From a virus: 64,000 nt of DNA. The position numbers were made by a program, and so were the translations under genes. The stretch covers positions 4,245-68,244 of IMG/VR virus record IMGVR_UViG_3300021962_007022; one strand, written 5' to 3'. Of this stretch, positions 48,811-56,092 are shown one piece after another; the stretch's first letter is position 1, and each line of letters begins with the position of its first letter. The notes beneath the pieces were generated by a model. It made no database searches and had not been told where the DNA came from. It worked only from the letters and a program-made list of their open reading frames with translations.

Positions 48811-48850
48811 ATTGTATAGGATAAGCCCCTGGATGTCAACAGGGGCTTAT
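48811..48850 (-). promoter_or_regulatory. sigma70 promoter with -35 in the loop of a perfect inverted repeat
   Basis: TTGACA-N17-TACAAT; ATAAGCCCCTG/CAGGGGCTTAT 11-bp arms. Confidence 0.7.
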
Positions 48851-48852
48851 GT

Positions 48853-50910
48853 TCAGAACTTCTCGCTGATGTTCAACTTGACAACTCTTGGCATACCAGG
48901 CCAAGCGCCAGCATACTGACCAATATATATCGATCCTTCTGTATACTCCTTATCAAGACAGTTAGTACATTGCAGCGACACATCCACGCTGCTTATACTA
49001 TATGTCGCCGACAAATTAATCAGAGCATAACCACCAGAAACATCTAAACCTTTACCAGCTAACAAAGGTGCAGTGAATGCAAGATTAGCTGGTGTTAGTA
49101 GATACTTGTCAACATAATAGACATTAGCATTTAGAACTACCTTACCAGCTTTGGCTGGGAATGTAGCTGTTGCACCAAGTGTTGTCTGGTACTTTGGAGA
49201 GCGCTGAAGGCTACTAGCTAGATTGCGTGGTTGAGGCTGCTTATACTCACCATCTAGTAAACCAACACTACCATAGGCTGTTAGCCAACTATTGGCTACA
49301 ACTTGACCTTCAACTTCCAATCCCTTGATAGTGGCATCAGCTGTCTGTACAGTAAATGCACCATTCAATGTCAGTGTGTTGAATAGGTTCGTGTAGTCGG
49401 TATGGAATGCAGCAGCATTGATACGCCAGCTTGAGCCTTCAGCTTTAACACCAACCTCAACAGTTTCTACATTCTCAGGTTCAAAGTTGACATACTGATC
49501 GCCTCTAAAGGCACGACCTGTCCAGCCACCTGATCTAAACCCTTCTGCATATGAAGCGTACAATAATGCACCATTGAGATTATAGCTAGCAGATACCTTT
49601 GGTGTGAACTTATTGAATTCTCTCTTAGATGCTCTTGTATAGTTATATAATGGACCTGGAATTGTACTAGATTGAGCTAGGTTAAGTTCCTTATCTTCTT
49701 TAGTATATCTTCCACCAGCTGCCAATGTAAGATCATTCCAACTATACTCAGCCTGCCCATAGGCAGCATAATTATTCACTTCGACATCAAAGTATTTTGT
49801 AATGAATGTAGCAACATTAAACAGTGAGTTTGGTTGGCGGAGTTCATCTGTTACATAAGCATCCGTCTTTTCACTGAAAAAATATAATCCTGAAACAAAG
49901 GTGACTGGACCAACATTACCTACAACCTGCAGTTCCTGTGAGAGCTGGTCAGCTGCTTGGTTCTGGTATATGTTATACAATGAAACTGGCTGGCCTGAAG
50001 CGTCAAAGGTGAGATACTGATTTGTTTCTCTATACCCAGTGATTGATAGGAGTTCAAAGTTGCCAACGGTATACTTAGCATTTAATACTGTACCAATTGA
50101 TTCACTTAAATTTAGAGCATCTTTATTGGATTGACTGACAAATAAATTTCTTGAACCAGATTGTAAAATGCCACCAACATCAACTACAAAATTACCATTT
50201 GTTTGACTATCGATATAGTCTGTTGATAATGTTACATCAACGTTTTCTTTTAAATATCTTAAAGCAAACTTGCCACCAACAACATCTTGATTGTTAACAC
50301 TCTTGTTGATAGCAGTCATATAACCATCATCTTGTGCCCAAACAAAACTTGCTCTTGCAAAAAGGTTGTCGGTGATTGGGGCATTGCCAATTAGCTTGGC
50401 ATCGAGATAGTTGAATGAACCATATGAAAAATCATACTGGCCATAATAATCTGCATTTGGCTTGACTGATGTTACCTTGATTGCACCACCATTAGTGTTG
50501 CGTCCATAAAGAACGCCCTGTGGTCCTCTAAGAACTTCTACACTCTCGACGTCAAATAGTGCAATATTATTCAGGGCTTGTCTGCCCACGTATACATCAT
50601 CAACGTACATACCAATTGCTGGATCAGCTGTTGCTAGATTTTCTGTCGTGCCAACACCACGAATAAAAAGATTTAGTGCTGCCTGTGTTCCTAAGTTATT
50701 GTTACCAATAACGTTTGGAGCATTGAATAATACATTCTCAACAACAGATACTTGTCTTGCTTCTAGATCTGCAGATGTCAAAACTGAGATTGACATTGGA
50801 ACGTCTTGAATGTTCTGAACCTTACGCTGGGCAGTGACAACCACTTCCTGTAGTTCAGCTGCAGAAGCAACTTGCGCAAATACTAAAAACATTAATAATA
50901 ACTTTTTCAT
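48853..50910 (-). CDS. TonB-dependent outer-membrane receptor
   Basis: Signal peptide, TonB box LQEVVVTAQR, plug FIRGVG...VEVLRGPQGVLYGRNTNGGAI, YASYAEGFRSGG, terminal Phe; AGGAG RBS. Confidence 0.92.
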   Translation of the reverse strand: MKKLLLMFLVFAQVASAAELQEVVVTAQRKVQNIQDVPMSISVLTSADLEARQVSVVENVLFNAPNVIGNNNLGTQAALNLFIRGVGTTENLATADPAIGMYVDDVYVGRQALNNIALFDVESVEVLRGPQGVLYGRNTNGGAIKVTSVKPNADYYGQYDFSYGSFNYLDAKLIGNAPITDNLFARASFVWAQDDGYMTAINKSVNNQDVVGGKFALRYLKENVDVTLSTDYIDSQTNGNFVVDVGGILQSGSRNLFVSQSNKDALNLSESIGTVLNAKYTVGNFELLSITGYRETNQYLTFDASGQPVSLYNIYQNQAADQLSQELQVVGNVGPVTFVSGLYFFSEKTDAYVTDELRQPNSLFNVATFITKYFDVEVNNYAAYGQAEYSWNDLTLAAGGRYTKEDKELNLAQSSTIPGPLYNYTRASKREFNKFTPKVSASYNLNGALLYASYAEGFRSGGWTGRAFRGDQYVNFEPENVETVEVGVKAEGSSWRINAAAFHTDYTNLFNTLTLNGAFTVQTADATIKGLEVEGQVVANSWLTAYGSVGLLDGEYKQPQPRNLASSLQRSPKYQTTLGATATFPAKAGKVVLNANVYYVDKYLLTPANLAFTAPLLAGKGLDVSGGYALINLSATYSISSVDVSLQCTNCLDKEYTEGSIYIGQYAGAWPGMPRVVKLNISEKF

Positions 50911-50929
50911 ATCATCTCCTTATATAATT

Positions 50930-51019
50930 TGGCGGAAGTGGTAGGATTCGAACCTACGTGACCCGTTAAGGTCTGCTAGTTTTCAAGACTAGTGCGATCA
51001 ACCGCTCTGCCACACTTCC
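50930..51019 (-). tRNA. trnS: tRNA-Ser(TGA)
   Basis: Cloverleaf, long variable arm, CCA. Confidence 0.95.
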
Positions 51020-51020
51020 T

Positions 51021-51641
51021 TTATTTGTTTGGACCAAACACCATATTAATGACTACTCTTGTCTCATGTTCAATAGGTGTTGAGCCAGCATGCCATGTGT
51101 TGGATGGGTACATGGCAGCTGTACCCTTGATAGGTCTCATTCTACCTATGCACTGATCTCCATCAAAGAAAAACGTATCTCCATCACTGTCATTGACATA
51201 GTATAAAACTGTAATAAACTTATCTAATCTTGTATCCGGATGAGGAGCATTCATAGTCCATTTAGGTCTAATTGTTTGAATGTTCGTCATCAATCTATAC
51301 ACAGCATACTCTCTAGGAATATATGTAGTTTGTATATAGTCAACAAGCTTGGCAACACTTGGAAAATGTTTGTTGTAACGTGTATTTGGATTGCCACGAA
51401 TGTCAATGAATCTAACATCAGGCTTCGCAAACCTATTTATATACTCATCAGTAAATCTTTGGGTGTCGACAACAGGACCATACTTTGTATTAATACTATC
51501 AAGAAGAGCCCTTTGATTAGAATCTGACACATCGTAAAAATAATTTGTCATTCCAACATATTGCCAGTTTGGCTTGATGCTTAGCAACTCTTTTTCCACT
51601 GAGTCAGCTAATGAAGGATCTATTCTAATAGTGTCAACCAT
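51021..51641 (-). CDS. 2OG-Fe(II) oxygenase
   Basis: PHPD, LYYVNDSDGDTFFF, HAGSTP, RVVIN. Confidence 0.85.
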   Translation of the reverse strand: MVDTIRIDPSLADSVEKELLSIKPNWQYVGMTNYFYDVSDSNQRALLDSINTKYGPVVDTQRFTDEYINRFAKPDVRFIDIRGNPNTRYNKHFPSVAKLVDYIQTTYIPREYAVYRLMTNIQTIRPKWTMNAPHPDTRLDKFITVLYYVNDSDGDTFFFDGDQCIGRMRPIKGTAAMYPSNTWHAGSTPIEHETRVVINMVFGPNK

Positions 51642-51653
51642 ACATTACCTAAA

Positions 51654-51727
51654 TGGAGCGGGATGCGAGAATCGAACTCGCGCGTGAACTTTGGCAAAGT
51701 TCTAGGCTACCATTACATCAATCCCGC
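51654..51727 (-). tRNA. trnG: tRNA-Gly(GCC)
   Basis: GCGGGA.../TCCCGCTCCA cloverleaf. Confidence 0.93.
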
Positions 51728-52281
51728 TTTGAAAATATAATATTAATCACATACCTGCTTTTATTTATACATGGTACCTGTCCTGCGTGGACAGTGTTCG
51801 ATCGGAACAGGGCACCAGTACCCCTGACAGGTGTTGTTTCAAATGCAATCTTACCATCTTTGAAGAATACAGTCTGACCATCACTATCATTAACATAGTA
51901 GAGGAATGTAATCTTATCACCATCGTCCGAATCAACATGAGGAATGTTAAGAAGCAATTCAGCATCTCTCAACTGGGTAGTCAAGTTACCCATGACTCTT
52001 CTTACCTCATAGTTTGAAGGCAGAATGTTTGCTATACACCATTGAGTCAATGGCATAATGTACTTTTTATCGTTCTCTGGCGTTTTGGAATTTGGAAAGA
52101 AGTAGTGAGTGAGGCGCGGTAGATCAGCTATTGTGTAGGTATCTTGATCTACAGGGTGGCTACCTCTTGGTTCTTCACCCAATGTGTGAGTGAAGAAGAA
52201 CCATGGGATCTTTGTACTTGTTACCCATAACTCAACATCATCAACAATTTTTTTAGGAATATTATTGACCAATTTAATCAT
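51718..52281 (-). CDS. 2OG-Fe(II) oxygenase (paralog of 51021-51641)
   Basis: PHVD, LYYVNDSDGQTVFF, HAGQVP, RYVIN. Confidence 0.85.
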   Translation of the reverse strand: MIKLVNNIPKKIVDDVELWVTSTKIPWFFFTHTLGEEPRGSHPVDQDTYTIADLPRLTHYFFPNSKTPENDKKYIMPLTQWCIANILPSNYEVRRVMGNLTTQLRDAELLLNIPHVDSDDGDKITFLYYVNDSDGQTVFFKDGKIAFETTPVRGTGALFRSNTVHAGQVPCINKSRYVINIIFSKRD

Positions 52282-52289
52282 AAAATTAT

Positions 52290-52877
52290 TTATCTCTGCT
52301 GTATCAAAGAAAATATCTCAGCGTTTGCTGTAAACGCTCTGGCTGTTTCCTTCCTTAGTACAACAGATCTCAATCCAAAGATTACTTTATTCTCAAGTAT
52401 AGTATAATTACAGGCTTCTGTCAACTCTATAAAGAACTCTTTTGTATAGTAAATGGAACAATGATCTTTCCATGCCCCTGAATTTTCTAGTTCTTCTACA
52501 TCTGGTACCATGTGGATCATAATGCCACCTGGCCTCACTACATCGTGGATGATAGAAAAACACTCATACTGTTTATCAATAGGCTCAACATGCTCGGTGA
52601 CGCCAAGGTTTGTTAGGACATCATACCTACATCTAAAGTCATAAAAAAGCTCTGGCTTTGTTAGATCAAGTGGCAATGCTCCATCCTCTCCATTGATATC
52701 AACAGATGTATGAAGCATACCATAATGTTCAAAATGTTGCTTACCAGTTGTAAACTCACCACCAATGAATCTTTGGTTGCCAAGCTCAAACATAGAAAGA
52801 CCATTAGGTTGAAAGAATTCAAACCTAATTGCATCGGTAACAAATTCCAAGTACTCTGGTAGGTATGCCATAATCAA
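52290..52877 (-). CDS. SAM-dependent methyltransferase-like protein
   Basis: ELGNQ, SVDING, TNLGVTEHV, RPGGIMIH. Confidence 0.7.
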   Translation of the reverse strand: MIMAYLPEYLEFVTDAIRFEFFQPNGLSMFELGNQRFIGGEFTTGKQHFEHYGMLHTSVDINGEDGALPLDLTKPELFYDFRCRYDVLTNLGVTEHVEPIDKQYECFSIIHDVVRPGGIMIHMVPDVEELENSGAWKDHCSIYYTKEFFIELTEACNYTILENKVIFGLRSVVLRKETARAFTANAEIFSLIQQR

Positions 52878-52886
52878 TCCTCAAAG

Positions 52887-52962
52887 TGGTGGGACCAACT
52901 GGGCTTGAACCAGTGACCTAACGCTTATCAAGCGTTTGCTCTACCAACTGAGCTATGGTCCC
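52887..52962 (-). tRNA. trnI: tRNA-Ile(GAT)
   Basis: Canonical cloverleaf, CCA. Confidence 0.95.
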
Positions 52963-52978
52963 TAATCTTATATGTATA

Positions 52979-53055
52979 TGGGGTGACCGGTTGGATTCGA
53001 ACCAACGTATACTGGGATCACAACCCAGGGTCTTAGGCCACTTGACAACGGTCAC
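52979..53055 (-). tRNA. trnH: tRNA-His(GTG)
   Basis: Cloverleaf, C73 discriminator, no encoded G-1. Confidence 0.92.
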
Positions 53056-53059
53056 AAAA

Positions 53060-53137
53060 TGGAGCGGGTGGGGAGAGTCGAACTCCGCGATCTTCAGCTT
53101 GGAAGGCTGCTGGACGCCCCTTGTCCTGTCCACCCGC
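53060..53137 (-). tRNA. trnG: tRNA-Gly(TCC), atypical D-arm
   Basis: Acceptor GCGGGTG/CACCCGC, U73, anticodon loop CTTCCAA. Confidence 0.8.
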
Positions 53138-53141
53138 ATGT

Positions 53142-53218
53142 TGGCACCCTCTGAGAGACTTGAACTCCCGACCTCAACGTCCGTAGCGTTGCGTTCTAAT
53201 CCACTGAACTAAGAGGGC
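53142..53218 (-). tRNA. trnR: tRNA-Arg(ACG)
   Basis: Cloverleaf, CCA. Confidence 0.95.
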
Positions 53219-53226
53219 ATTTAAAA

Positions 53227-53301
53227 TGGTGCCAAGTGTTGGTATCGCGCCAACCTTTCAAGCTCTTCAGGCTCGTGCTAATCTATCTCAGCTAACTTGG
53301 C
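53227..53301 (-). tRNA. trnF: tRNA-Phe(GAA), atypical T-loop
   Basis: Cloverleaf; T-loop CGCGATA; D-loop lacks GG. Confidence 0.85.
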
Positions 53302-53302
53302 T

Positions 53303-53377
53303 TGGAGTTGCGGACTGGACTCGCACCAGCATAAAAGAGTTTTGCAGACTCTTGCATAACTTCTCTGCCACCGCAAC
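53303..53377 (-). tRNA. trnC: tRNA-Cys(GCA)
   Basis: Cloverleaf, U73; T-loop TGCGAGT. Confidence 0.88.
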
Positions 53378-53382
53378 AAATA

Positions 53383-53458
53383 TGGTAGCAACGGTTGGAC
53401 TCGAACCAACGATAAACTCCGTATGAAGGAGGTGCATTAGCCACTATGCTACGTTGCC
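53383..53458 (-). tRNA. trnM: tRNA-Met(CAT), elongator type
   Basis: GGCAACG acceptor, TTCATAC loop. Confidence 0.9.
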
Positions 53459-53460
53459 AT

Positions 53461-53548
53461 TGGCGGAAGGTGTAGGATTCGAACCTACGTGACTATTACA
53501 TCCATCTCTTTAGCAAAGAGCGCTAATAGGCCTCTCTAGCAACCTTCC
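53461..53548 (-). tRNA. trnS: tRNA-Ser(GCT)
   Basis: Cloverleaf with long variable arm. Confidence 0.92.
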
Positions 53549-53554
53549 AGTAAA

Positions 53555-53645
53555 AGAAGGACTCATGTTGGCCAAGGCCTTTTTCGTGCTTGGCGCCGCG
53601 AGTCCACCGGCCTTTGCCCCACTTGCCTGAACAGTACGAGGCTAT
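53555..53645 (-). ncRNA. Candidate structured RNA between tRNA-Val and tRNA-Ser
   Basis: GC-rich spacer; GGACTC/GAGTCC stem enclosing GCCAAG/CTTGGC. Confidence 0.35.
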
Positions 53646-53649
53646 TAAT

Positions 53650-53725
53650 TGGTACCCGGTGACGGGATCGAACCGCCGACAATCGCCGTGTAAAGGCGGC
53701 GCTCTACCAGCTGAGCTAACCGGGC
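53650..53725 (-). tRNA. trnV: tRNA-Val(TAC)
   Basis: Canonical cloverleaf. Confidence 0.95.
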
Positions 53726-53732
53726 ATTGAAT

Positions 53733-53807
53733 TGGTGAACCCAAGGGAATTCGAATCCCTATTCTTACCGTGAAAGGGTAATGTCCTAACCGTTAGACGA
53801 TGGGTCC
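53733..53807 (-). tRNA. trnE: tRNA-Glu(TTC)
   Basis: Cloverleaf, CTTTCAC loop. Confidence 0.93.
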
Positions 53808-54067
53808 TTCTTAATGTAATTGTAGTATATCATCATACAATACCACGTGATGGAAAGACAAGTGTACCACACTCCTGCCATCGCCGAATAGTATTGACCT
53901 AATGAATATAAAAGATATGTTCCTGATATCTGACCAGTATAGTTGATCAGAGGACTAGCCCAATGTATACCTTTGACTACTTTGTCTTTGTATACTCTAT
54001 AGATGTTCAGCATAACAGCCGAACTAGCTATAACAGGGAACATACTATTGAATTGGTCTAGTGTCAT
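53786..54067 (-). CDS. Small three-TM membrane protein (PQ-loop/SemiSWEET-like)
   Basis: Hydrophobic helices; IYRVYKDKVVKGI loop; 3' end overlaps tRNA-Glu. Confidence 0.55.
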   Translation of the reverse strand: MTLDQFNSMFPVIASSAVMLNIYRVYKDKVVKGIHWASPLINYTGQISGTYLLYSLGQYYSAMAGVWYTCLSITWYCMMIYYNYIKKDPSSNG

Positions 54068-54074
54068 AATAATT

Positions 54075-54149
54075 TGGTAGCGGGGGATGGATTTGCACCA
54101 CCGGTCTTCAGCTTATGAGGCTGACGAGTTTCTGCTTCTCTACCCCGCA
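54075..54149 (-). tRNA. tRNA-Met(CAT), initiator-like acceptor stem
   Basis: TGCGGGG/CCCCGCT with 1:72 mismatch; anticodon stem TCAGC/GCTGA. Confidence 0.8.
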
Positions 54150-54154
54150 ACAAT

Positions 54155-54270
54155 AAAGTATCGGTTTATCTATCGCCACACATTGCGCACTGTGCCCTAG
54201 ATTCCTTATTTACGAAAAACAGCCATCGCTATGCGACAAACCTTACACCGAAAGGTAGGGCGGCTGGTTG
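54155..54270 (-). ncRNA. Candidate structured RNA downstream of a late promoter
   Basis: CAGCC/GGCTG stem enclosing two hairpins (ACC-TTTC-GGT; TCGC-ATA-GCGA). Confidence 0.35.
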
Positions 54271-54272
54271 CT

Positions 54273-54280
54273 TATTTATA
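54273..54280 (-). promoter_or_regulatory. T4-type late promoter TATAAATA inside tRNA cluster
   Basis: Exact match overlapping the stop of 54276-54479. Confidence 0.55.
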
Positions 54281-54479
54281 ATACTTTACCTTCAGCTCTC
54301 ATCTCTGCTAGCCACTCTTCTTCACCATGGAAGGTAGAGCATGATTCAAGAGCCTTTTGGATTTCCTTCTGGGCAAGATAGAGTTGTTGTTTGTTTGGCC
54401 AGTTGACAAACCCAGTTAGGTTTGGATCTCTAGCATTCTCTCCAACTCGCCACACTTCTCTTAGTAGACTGCTACTCAT
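54276..54479 (-). CDS. Hypothetical protein
   Basis: GAGG RBS; between tRNAs. Confidence 0.6.
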   Translation of the reverse strand: MSSSLLREVWRVGENARDPNLTGFVNWPNKQQLYLAQKEIQKALESCSTFHGEEEWLAEMRAEGKVL

Positions 54480-54495
54480 AACAACCTCATTAAAA

Positions 54496-54571
54496 TGGTG
54501 CTCCCTATCTGACTTGAACAGATGACCTGCCGCTTACAAGGCGGCTGCTCTACCAACTGAGCTAAAGGAGC
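54496..54571 (-). tRNA. trnT: tRNA-Thr(TGT)
   Basis: Canonical cloverleaf. Confidence 0.95.
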
Positions 54572-54592
54572 AATGTAATATGTATATCAAAA

Positions 54593-54669
54593 TGGCGACC
54601 CCGGCAGGACTCGAACCTGCGACCCACAGCTTAGAAGGCTGTTGCTCTAATCCACTGAGCTACGAGGCC
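54593..54669 (-). tRNA. trnR: tRNA-Arg(TCT)
   Basis: Canonical cloverleaf. Confidence 0.95.
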
Positions 54670-54675
54670 AATGAA

Positions 54676-54760
54676 TGGTGCGACTGGTCGGACTTGAACC
54701 GACATGGCTAAAGCCGACAGATTTTAAGTCTGTTGTGTATACCGATTCCACCACAGTCGC
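54676..54760 (-). tRNA. trnL: tRNA-Leu(TAA)
   Basis: Cloverleaf with long variable arm. Confidence 0.95.
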
Positions 54761-54766
54761 GAAAAT

Positions 54767-54843
54767 TGGTCGGACATGCAAGACTCGAACTTGCGACCCC
54801 CTGCTCCCAAAGCAGGTGCTCTACCAGACTGAGCTAATATCCG
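54767..54843 (-). tRNA. trnP: tRNA-Pro(TGG)
   Basis: CGG...CCGACCA cloverleaf. Confidence 0.95.
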
Positions 54844-54846
54844 AAA

Positions 54847-55251
54847 TTAAATCTTACCCCACTTAACTCTATTCCAAACTCTTTCGTTTGTATAATGAGT
54901 AAGTAGGTACATTATATTCAAAACGACTGTCAAAGACAACGCTTCACCACCACCTAGACCAAATGCCAGGCCTATGACAAAGACAATAAACAGTGACCAC
55001 AATCTATAGGTAATTGTTTTCACAGCTGATCTTACTTTACGGTCGAAGCCACCAAGATTGCCCCACTTGACTCTTGTCCATAATCTCTCATGGATAATGA
55101 ATGTCAAGGCACCAAGTGTCAATGACATCACAGCAAGACCAGCTGACATCTGTTGCTGACCTGTAAGTAAAAATGTAATAACAAATGTTAAAACAAACGT
55201 AGTCAACCTATAGGTGATAGTTTTAGCTAATGTTCTTGTGTTAGTATCCAT
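54847..55251 (-). CDS. Tandem DUF2061-like membrane protein
   Basis: Two repeats R..AKTITYR...HER.W.RVKWG; GAGG RBS before 55251. Confidence 0.75.
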   Translation of the reverse strand: MDTNTRTLAKTITYRLTTFVLTFVITFLLTGQQQMSAGLAVMSLTLGALTFIIHERLWTRVKWGNLGGFDRKVRSAVKTITYRLWSLFIVFVIGLAFGLGGGEALSLTVVLNIMYLLTHYTNERVWNRVKWGKI

Positions 55252-55265
55252 AGCAACCTCGTAAA

Positions 55266-55341
55266 TGGTAGGACCTAGGAGATTTGAACTCCTGACCAAT
55301 AGATTAAAAGTCTACTGCTCTACCAGCTGAGCTAAGGTCCC
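55266..55341 (-). tRNA. trnK: tRNA-Lys(TTT)
   Basis: Canonical cloverleaf. Confidence 0.95.
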
Positions 55342-55352
55342 AAAAAACAAAA

Positions 55353-55429
55353 TGGCGACCCGTACCGGACTTGAACCGGTGGCCTCATGCGTGACAGGCA
55401 TGCGTTCTAACCAACTGAACTAACGGGCC
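55353..55429 (-). tRNA. trnD: tRNA-Asp(GTC)
   Basis: Canonical cloverleaf. Confidence 0.95.
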
Positions 55430-55437
55430 TGAATAAA

Positions 55438-55523
55438 TGGTGGGAAAGGAAGGATTCGAACCTACTCAGCTAATAGCGCCAGATTTACAGTCTGGTGTGA
55501 CTCTCCAACTTCACCGCTTGCCC
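55438..55523 (-). tRNA. trnY: tRNA-Tyr(GTA)
   Basis: Cloverleaf with long variable arm. Confidence 0.9.
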
Positions 55524-55532
55524 ACATAAACT

Positions 55533-55606
55533 TGGCTGAGGAGCATGGATTCGAACCACGATAAGCAGGATCAAAACCTGCTGTCCTGCCGTTAGACGAC
55601 TCCTCA
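55533..55606 (-). tRNA. trnQ: tRNA-Gln(TTG)
   Basis: U1-A72 acceptor, G73. Confidence 0.93.
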
Positions 55607-55614
55607 GAAGATTA

Positions 55615-55768
55615 GACAGCCGACACGTACATTGCTGCAGAGGTGTCGGGCAAATAAGATTGTTATTCGCACTATTTGCTGCGTCTCACCTTCAGGTTTC
55701 TAGAACTGAAGTTTTCTTTTGGCGCAGTTACTCAGGCATGATCGTGCCCATGGCTTACGAATAACAAA
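55615..55768 (-). ncRNA. Candidate structured RNA between tRNA-Ala and tRNA-Gln
   Basis: TTGTTATTCG/CGAATAACAA closing stem around two internal arms; further CCGACAC/GTGTCGG hairpin. Confidence 0.45.
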
Positions 55769-55770
55769 TT

Positions 55771-55845
55771 TGGTGGAGGATGAGAGAATCGAACTCTCAA
55801 CTCTGCGATGCAAACGCAGCGTGTTCCCATTAGCACTAATCCCCC
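55771..55845 (-). tRNA. trnA: tRNA-Ala(TGC)
   Basis: G3:U70 identity pair, cloverleaf. Confidence 0.93.
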
Positions 55846-55849
55846 AAAT

Positions 55850-56005
55850 AAGGCGTGGGCTACCATTGAAGGTTTGTGCTTATGCCTTATCCCCACGCAA
55901 CAAGGCTGCAATCCGTTCTGCCTCATAATTCGATCAGTGCTACCGAAACGGATAAGCCCTTACACTGATAGGATGAACCCGACAGAGCGCTCCTGTGGGT
56001 CACCA
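55850..56005 (-). ncRNA. Candidate structured RNA between tRNA-Asn and tRNA-Ala
   Basis: Four consecutive hairpins and complementary loop segments ATCCGTT/AACGGAT. Confidence 0.45.
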
Positions 56006-56008
56006 AGT

Positions 56009-56083
56009 TGGCTGGCGTGGTAGGGATCGAACCTACGACAGAGTGATTAACAGTCACTTGATCTACCGCTGATCTACACGCCA
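56009..56083 (-). tRNA. trnN: tRNA-Asn(GTT)
   Basis: Canonical cloverleaf. Confidence 0.94.
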
Positions 56084-56092
56084 AAAACTAAC

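Noticed and set aside
51653-56023. Short ORFs overlapping tRNAs (51653-51877, 52918-53426, 53523-53744, 54675-54866, 55719-56023)
   Set aside because: Spurious translations of tRNA or structured RNA sequence
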